Shown piece by piece: positions 55,707-64,000 of a DNA stretch of 64,000 nt (its first letter is position 1; every line of letters begins with the position of its first letter). This DNA comes from Octopus sinensis (taxonomy: Eukaryota): assembly GCF_006345805.1 (NCBI RefSeq), contig NC_043009.1, positions 43,586,001 to 43,650,000 on the forward strand, read 5' to 3'. Under the pieces are notes generated by a model. The model did not search any database. It was not told the origin of the DNA and worked only from the letters and a program-made list of their open reading frames with translations. The position numbers were made by a program, and so were the translations under genes.

Positions 55707-57047
55707 TATAGTACATCATACATTTATATAGCATAAACAAGCATCGTGTTAGAGTCACATTCGTCAATTGTAGCACCCAAACATTGTTATTTACTAGTAT
55801 CCGGCTGTTGTAACCACTTGTGTGTCTCATTTTTCTATCCGGCAATACCACACACACACACACACACTAACTGTATGTGTATGTGTGTGTGTGTATAAAT
55901 CTGTGTGTGTGTGTGTCAAAGTTTGGATCTGTAGAATCACGATACTCGGACCACTGATTCAAATAAGAGACTCGCGCATTCCCATCCGTATATGTCTTAC
56001 AACTTGGTCGCTGGTAAAATAAGATGTGTGTTTGTATCCAAGATATTCCAACGTGTAGAAGAATTTGGTTCGAAAGAGACAAAATACACATCATTTAGTT
56101 GATATCCACTTTTCGATACATGTATATAGACACACACACTCATAGAGCAGGGTGTTTTTTTTTCCCTTTTTAAATGACTAATATAAACTCTGTTACCATC
56201 ATATATAATAATACGTGTGTGTGTGTGTGAAACGCTAACGATAGATGTGGAATACACGCACATTCCACCGCTTTGGCGCACGTGTATATCGTAAACTGCG
56301 TGCATACGTACACATGTTCAAATATGTATATATGCACATATATGTGTGTGTGTGTTTGCGTGCATATGAGACAGATTTATACATACATGCGTAAGGTAAA
56401 CTTTGTTTTTCTGAAGAAACCATGCTAAACTCACACAACGCACACCCACATGCGTGTGTGCTTTTGCACTCATTCATACAATCATCTCTACTCGTTCGTT
56501 CGCTCTCATTACATCAATTTATCCATCGTACACATGCACACACATGTACAAAAATGTCTTCTTTCTCTCTCTTACTTTATCTCTTTCTCTCTCTGTGTCT
56601 CTCTCCTTTTTTCTTCTTCTCAACACATGCCTACATTGTCAACTCTTAATACTTTCGGAGTCATCGACGAAAACAAAAGACGAAAGACCAAGGTAAGATG
56701 ATAACAGGACGAAAATATAAATATACAGAAAAAAAATAATACATAAATAAAAATTTATATAAAGATGAAAATAATGGAATTTAATTACCTGGTCATTTAG
56801 AAATGGCTTGAGGTGAGAATAGTAAGAATAATAATTGTTATGATGATGATAATGATGATGGAAAATTTACATAAGGCGGAAGAATGAACAAAACAAAATA
56901 AATAGCCGGGGTGAAGCCGTTATGTATATCCATGTATATATACATACATGTGTATATATAAATATGTTTGTGTTTGTATGTGTGTATGTTTGTGTAAGAA
57001 GTATGATTCCTGGGTCTGGTGTATGTATATATGTATATAAATATATA

Positions 57048-57080
<33 letters not shown>

Positions 57081-57115
57081 ACGTCTTCCTCCGTTCCGTT
57101 TTAGGATATATAATA

Positions 57116-57146
<31 letters not shown>

Positions 57147-59097
57147 TTTTCCTTTTTTACAAAAAATAGCAGTTTGGCTTGGCTTGGTTTGGTAAAAAAA
57201 GGCACCGTTATTTCGCGACGATGGCATCCAGATATTTTGCACTTCTGACACAAGTGCTGTCATTAACATGATGCGGCATCTTCTGAAATCCCAGCAGCTC
57301 CCTTCCAACGGGATGCCGGGAGATTCTTCAACAAGGGAAACAAGATATAACTTTGCAATTATAACACACAATTCCTCTCCTTTTCAAATTTACATATTTC
57401 GGGGTATTTTGTATGAGAAAATCTTTTCTTTTTTTTTTCCTCCGTTTCTTAGTAATAATAATAGCTTTAGTAACAATTTTTTTTTTTTTTGTAAAAAAAC
57501 CCAACTTTATTTGTTTCTTTTTAAATTTATTTTTCAATTATGTTTTTTTTTGTTTTTGGTTATTCCGTGTATTCCTTTTTTTGATTTCGCGTTTTGTTTT
57601 GTGCTTTTTTTTTATTCTTGTCTGTTATATTCTTGAAAAGGCCCCAAAAGTAATACAAGAACCTCGACAGAGGGAAATCCCCAAAAATATTATCGCTCCT
57701 TGTTCTAAGCTTGTTATTGTTGATGTCACTACTACTACTACTACTACTACTACCACTACCACTATCACTACTACTACTACTATTATTGCCGCTGTCGCTG
57801 CCGTGGCCACTGCTGCTGTTGCTGGCTATATCGCTCGTCTAATTGTTTGTTGCATCTTTTCCTTTCTCTTTATTTTCCTCCCTTTCTCTCTTTCTCTCTT
57901 TCACTCTCTCTCTCTCTCCCTTTCTTTTTTCACATTGTGATACGTCGTTCCCCTCCTCACCCACCCACCCACCCACTACCATTCCTTCGCCTTCCCCTCC
58001 CTCCTCCTCCCCTCCCTCCTCCTCCCCTCCCATCGTCATCATCAGCAGCATCGCCATCGCCGCCATAACAAGTATAATACGGTTGAATATGAGCTGGTAC
58101 GTGCGTGCGCGCGTGTTGTGCGTGTACGCGTATGTGTATGCACGTGTGTGTATGTACGTGTGCGTGTGTGTGAAAGAATTTGTGACTATCTCTCTCTCTC
58201 TCTCTCGCTTCACCATCCCCTTTCCTTTTCCTTTCTGTCTGTCTCTCTCTCTCTCGCTTCACCGTCCCCTTTCCTTTTCCTTTCTGTCTCTCTCTCTTCC
58301 CCTTGTTTCCTTCTACCTCTCTGTATCTCTCTCCCTCTTTCTTTCTTCCTCTCTCCCTCCCCCGCTCTCTCTCTCTCTCTCTGTCTTTCCTCTCTTTTTT
58401 CTCTCTCTTCCTCCCGCTCCTTCTATAAAGTTACATGTGTGATTCAACGGTGGTGATGTATCAGAGTGTGCGAGGGAGTGACTTCATCAAGCGAGCGAGT
58501 GTGTGTGTATGTGTGTGTGTGTGTGTGTGTGTCTGTGTTGCGTTTTTGCAAAGAGGCAGGCGAGGGCGACGGCGACGGTAGAAGCGGAAAGAGAAGAGAA
58601 GAGAAGAAAAGAGAAGATGCCGCCGATGGGATTCTGGTCTGGTTCGTATCGGTTTTCCAATAGACACCACCACCACCAACACCACCGTCACCACCAACAC
58701 CACCACCGTCACCGCCGTCCCCGTATCTATTGTCGCCGCTGCCTCCATCGCCTTTCTTCGATTACAATCAATATTTTTCCTAAGTGTCTGCGTGTCGCCG
58801 AGTGTGCGTATTTTGCTTGTAAATACATGTGTGTGTATACGTGCGTCCGTGTGTTTGCATGTATACGTACGTACGTGCGTGCGTATGCGTATACGTGCGT
58901 ATGTGTATGTGTATGCCTGCCTGTGTGCGCGCATTTTTTCCCCCCTTTCGGAATTCGAGCCGGACACACTGCTAGAGCGAGGAATCTTCCCTCAGCGATT
59001 ATTGTTCTTCAATAGCAGAAATAATTAAGATGTGACACATAAGCAGTGGATCCTTATTGCATTTCATTTCATTGCTATTATGTTCCAATTGGTGTTG

Positions 59098-59152
<55 letters not shown>

Positions 59153-59258
59153 ACACAAACGGTGTTTTGGTATGCGTGCCAATATATATATACAGATATA
59201 TATAACCTGCAAATGTACGCGTGTTCATATATTTACGCATTTCTGTGTGTGTATATAG

Positions 59259-59350
<92 letters not shown>

Positions 59351-59794
59351 CCTGTATTCCTACATATAAATGTTTATGTACATACACACATATGTATGTA
59401 TGTATGTATGTATCTATCTATCTATCTGCCTAACCACGCATAGATACACACACACGCACACACACATATATATATACACAAATACATATTTGCATATTCA
59501 TATATGTATATGCGAATATATGCACTTATGCATATATTTGTGTGTATATATATATATATGTATATATGCATATATATACATATGTATATATAATATATAT
59601 ATATAATATATATATATAATATATATATGTATATATATGTTTATATATATATGTATATACATATATATATATGTATATATACATATATATATGTACAATA
59701 TATATATGTATATATACATATATATATATGTATATATACATATATATATATATGTATATACATATATATATTTTTATATAATAATATATATATC

Positions 59795-59829
<35 letters not shown>

Positions 59830-60403
59830 GCATATATATATATACATACACACACACACACACATATATATAAATAAGTAATAAAAAGTAATCAAAACAC
59901 CTGATTTGTTTGTCTTCTTTGATTTTCTCTTATTGATTGTGAGGGTGAGGGGAAAAGGGTAGATGTAACAGGACGCATCTTTGAGTCACAACATAGAATC
60001 GAAACTGGGTCGATAGGTCGCACACGGACTTTGCTATCTCAGTTATCCAACTCCTCCTCCTCCTTACACTTCTTCATTTGCAGTGTACATATATATATAT
60101 ATATATATATGTATATGTGTGTTTGTGTACGTATCTATACTGTGTTGGGGTAACGTGTATAGATGTGTGTGTGTGTGTGTGTGTGTACATGCATATTTAT
60201 GCCAAGTTCGGAGGGGAGGGGCAGCATTCCGTAGAAATGCCGGTCATCGATATGGCACTGCTACTTATGGTTATTGATCTGGGAAAGATGAAAGGAAGAC
60301 TGGACGTGGGCGGGAATCGAACGCATAACGTAAGCTGACATACATACATACACACACACACGCACATGTATACATATATACAAACACACATATACATATT
60401 TGC

Positions 60404-60444
<41 letters not shown>

Positions 60445-61052
60445 TATATGCATACATATATATATGTATATATATATATATACACATGTATGTATGTTTG
60501 TGTGTGCATGAATGTATACGCATCACGCATCCACGCGTCCATTCACACACAAATCTGTAATCTGCGTTCGATTATCTTCGATATTTAAAATGTCAATCAC
60601 AGGTGTTAAACTGGTGTCACCTCTCTCATTAATTCTTTGCGTTGTATTTTGTGTGTGTGTGTGTGTGTGCTGCTTTATTTTGAAATTTCTACCCTTTTTT
60701 GTTTTGTTTGCGAAATGTTGCGAACTTAACAACGGAGGAAATTCCATAAAGAAAGAATATTGGTAAATAAAATCTCTACACGGCAGTGGATGGTTTAAAA
60801 ACAAAACATTGCTGAATCATCATCATCATCATCATCAAAAACAGCATCAATATTTTTAGACGGGCCAACGATGGAATTTATATACCGCCCGCTCGACCGG
60901 ACAAAGTTAGCACAGAAATTCTACCTGGAATCACTTCGAACTTACTGTCTTTAAAAGGAACAGTTAAATACCTCTGTATACACATAAGTTCATATATAAA
61001 TACATATGTGTGTGTGTATGTATAGATACATACATGTGTATATACATGTGTG

Positions 61053-61216
61053 CACTAGCGTAGCTAGAATGCGTGCCGCCTGGGGCCGCCCTTCCGTTTG
61101 CCGTCCCTGGACCCCACAAAAAAAACACGTAATTCCCACAGCAGACCTAAAGTGGCGCCCCTTTAAGAGTGCCGCCCAGGGAAGATTGCCCCTACTGCTC
61201 CCCAGCTACACTTGTG
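61053..61216. mobile_element. 164-bp GC-rich MITE with about 15-bp TIRs
   Basis: cactagcgtagctag versus reverse complement of right end cacaagtgtagctgg (12/15). Confidence 0.55.
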
Positions 61217-61451
61217 CATGTATACATATATATATGTATATATACATATACACGCATCTAGACATTTGAACCCCCCCCCCATACACACATACAAATATAA
61301 TGAATAACTTAAATTTTAGCTAAACTAATCTTTTAGACAGGACTAAAATGTCTTTGGCCACAGGTCTAACTGGATCCAGGTTGATCTGGGATAAGTAATC
61401 GCATCATTACCACTAACAACAACAACAACACCAGCGACATGATAATAATTC

Positions 61452-61655
61452 TTTCTACTATAGGCACAAGGTCTGAAATTTTGGGTCCTTTACATCAATC
61501 CCAGTGTTCAGCTGGTGCTTATTTTATCGACCCCCAAGAAAAAATGAAATGCAAAATCGGCCACGGCAGACTTAGAACTCGGAACGTAAGGACGGACGAA
61601 ATGCCGCTAAAAGCGCTATTGCGCCCGGCATGCTAACGATTCCGCCAGCTCGCTT
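61452..61655 (-). mobile_element. SINE type B monomer
   Basis: aggcacaaggtctgaaattt...gcccggcatgctaacgattccgccagctcgc. Confidence 0.75.
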
Positions 61656-62215
61656 ACCCTTTGGCGACGGTAATCGGAAGGGGACGATTTTAAACGTTGG
61701 AAACTTTAGCTTTAATTGATGTTGCTATTTGCTGTTGCCATTGTTGCTAATGATGATGATGATGATGATGATGATGTTATTGTTGGTTGTATTGTTGTTG
61801 TTGTTGTTGTTTTGTGAAAAGAAAATGAAATTTGTTGCAATTAGAAAAATGAGAAGGAATATAATATAATAATATGAAATAAAACGTAAAAAAAAAACTG
61901 ACAATCCATTGAGCAGATATTTGCGAAAAAAAAAAAAAATAACGTTTATAGATTATTAATTATTTATATATATTTATTATTTTTTTTGCGAGTATTTATT
62001 ATTGTTATATTTTTTTTTTTTGCTTTTTCGTTTATTTTTTTCTTCCTTTTCTTTACTTTTTTTCTTCTTCTCCGTATTGGCGGAAAATATGTGAAGGAAA
62101 AAGACCCCGTCTATCGATTGTGTTCCCCACACCTAACCTGTACGTATCTTTCCTTCTATGTGAGTTGAGCTGTGTCACAGGATACTGTCATTATTGAGTG
62201 CTTAATTAGAAATGC

Positions 62216-62256
<41 letters not shown>

Positions 62257-62274
62257 TGGTGATGATAATAATTC

Positions 62275-62660
62275 TTTGTACTAAAAGCACAAGGCCTCAA
62301 ATTTGCGAGGAGGGAACTAGTTGATTATTACATCGACCCCCAGTGTTTCACTGGTACTTAATTTATCGATCTCGAAAGGACGAAAGGCAAAGTCGATCTC
62401 GGCCGATTATTTGAATTCAGAATGTAAAAATCCGGAAGAAATGCAGAGGAGAAGCATTTTGTCCGGCGTGCTTACGGTTCCGCCAAGCTCGTCGCCCTTA
62501 TTAATTTATAATTGTTTCAACATTTGGCTCAAGAAGACATCGAAAGGACGATCGGTAAAGTCAAAGTCTACGAAATTTGAACGCAGGGCGTAAAGTGCCA
62601 GAAAAAGTGCCGTTAAGCATTTTGTGCGACGCACTCACGATTCTGCAAGCTCGTTGCTTT
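62275..62660 (-). mobile_element. SINE type B monomer plus a second diverged head
   Basis: gcacaaggcctcaaattt...gtccggcgtgcttacggttccgccaagctcg; second head at 62550-62660. Confidence 0.7.
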
Positions 62661-62746
62661 ATGGCTTCAAACTTTGAAACAAAGTCAGCAATTTTAGAGA
62701 GAGAGGGTTTGCCGTTTGCATCGACCTCATTACTTCACTTGTACTT

Positions 62747-63128
62747 GCAAAGATGACCTCAGTCCAGTTTCGAACTCAGAACACCATCTTTCACTTCACT
62801 TGTACTTATTTTATCGTCCTCGAAAGAGTGAAACGCGAAGGTGACCTCAGCCCAGTTTTGAACTCAGAACGTCATCTTTCACTTCACTTGTACTTATTTT
62901 ATCGGCCTCGAAAGAGTGAAACGCAAAGATGACCTCAGCCCAGTTTTGAACTCAGAACACCATCTTTCACTTCACTAGTACTTGTTTTATCGACCTCGAA
63001 AGAGTGAAACGTAAAGATGACCTCAGCCCAGTTTCGAACTCAGAACACCATCTTTCACTTCACTTCTCGAAAGAGTGAAACGCAAAGACGACCTCAGTCC
63101 AGTTTTGAACTCAGAACGTCATCTTTCA
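62747..63128. repeat. 88-bp minisatellite derived from the SINE type B body, about 4.5 units
   Basis: Units start 62747, 62835, 62923, 63011, 63082. Confidence 0.9.
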
Positions 63129-63854
63129 CATTAGTATTACAATAAAATTAAGTACCAGTAAAATACTGCGGGCCGATGCACATTTCTATTATGCCTCCAA
63201 AATGTGAATAGAATAACAACGGAAGAAGCTATCGCAGAAAAGCTGGAAATGCGTGTGGAGATGTATGTACTTAAAAGTGTATGCATGCGCGCGCGTGTGT
63301 GTGTGTGCGTGTAAGCATGTCAGTGAGTGTGTGTGTGTGTTTGTGTGTACGCGTGTGTGCGCGCGTGTGCGACTGGGTGAATTAGGTGCTAACCTATTGT
63401 GAAGAATTTTTTTTTTCTAAAGAGAACTTTGCCTGATTATTACAACATGCGTTTGTGCGCGCACCTGTGCGTGTTGAGTGAGTGTATATGTGTGTGTGTG
63501 TGTGAGAGAGTGCGGGCACGCGCGTGCAATTACACGTGTGAATATTAATAGTGTTAATATGAGCTTATTGTATATACGGTGCTCAGGTGCGTTATAATAA
63601 TTATTGTCCGTGTGTGTGTGTTGTTTTGTATATGTACCTGTGCGTGTGCTGTGTTTTGTATACATACGTGTGTGTGTTTGTGTGTCTGTGTGTCAACGCC
63701 TTTCCCTTCTTATTGCGTGTGTACACGTCTACCGAGGAGAGAAGGCAGCAGGGAGCCATGTAGAACTTTTGGTAACACTTAACAAACAAAAAAAAAAAAC
63801 GATATTTTAGCATTAACAGAAACCACTTTTATTCCTTTTGTTAGAACCAGTTAT

Positions 63855-63990
63855 TAGTCTACAGCCATGCTGGAGCACCGCCTCCAAAGGTTTAGCCGAT
63901 AACATGGACGACAGTACAGATTTTCAGTCCGGTATTAAATTTATCAATAACTATTTGTCGAACCGCTCGGTCACAGGACATAACATCCAC
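63855..63990 (-). mobile_element. SINE type A 3' fragment
   Basis: gccatgctggagcaccgcc...gaaccgct..ggacataa. Confidence 0.65.
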
Positions 63991-64000
63991 ACTTACAGCA

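Noticed and set aside
62747-63128. CRISPR-like periodicity
   Set aside because: Units repeat along their full length with no unique spacers, derive from a SINE, and no cas genes are present.

Overview
AT-rich, microsatellite-saturated animal genomic DNA, most likely octopus. That call rests on tRNA-headed SINEs with a MIR-like CORE block and dense (TA)n/(CA)n/(AAT)n/(TAGA)n tracts. There is one 100-N scaffold gap (3023-3122). I can support only one protein-coding exon: minus strand 24116-23558, ATG at 24112, 185 codons, phase-0 donor. It encodes the N-terminus and the start of the coiled coil of a probable SoxD (Sox5/6-like) factor; the HMG box is not visible. The rest looks intronic or flanking: at least four SINE types with swapped heads and tails, SINE concatemers, a SINE-derived minisatellite, several MITEs and a tRNA-Gln pseudogene. 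Nearly all other listed ORFs are microsatellite artefacts. The most interesting signals are: (1) hammerhead-ribozyme folds in short repeats, mostly beside microsatellites, with one near-canonical type I motif at 28116-28048 on the SoxD sense strand; (2) two long fold-back hairpins (76 bp and 95 bp arms); (3) inverted SINEs bracketing the coding exon; (4) a splice-flanked 132-nt segment ending in ATG; (5) a dense nuclear-receptor/Sox motif cluster near 51 kb. All structures were read by eye and none was computed. Repeat boundaries are approximate.
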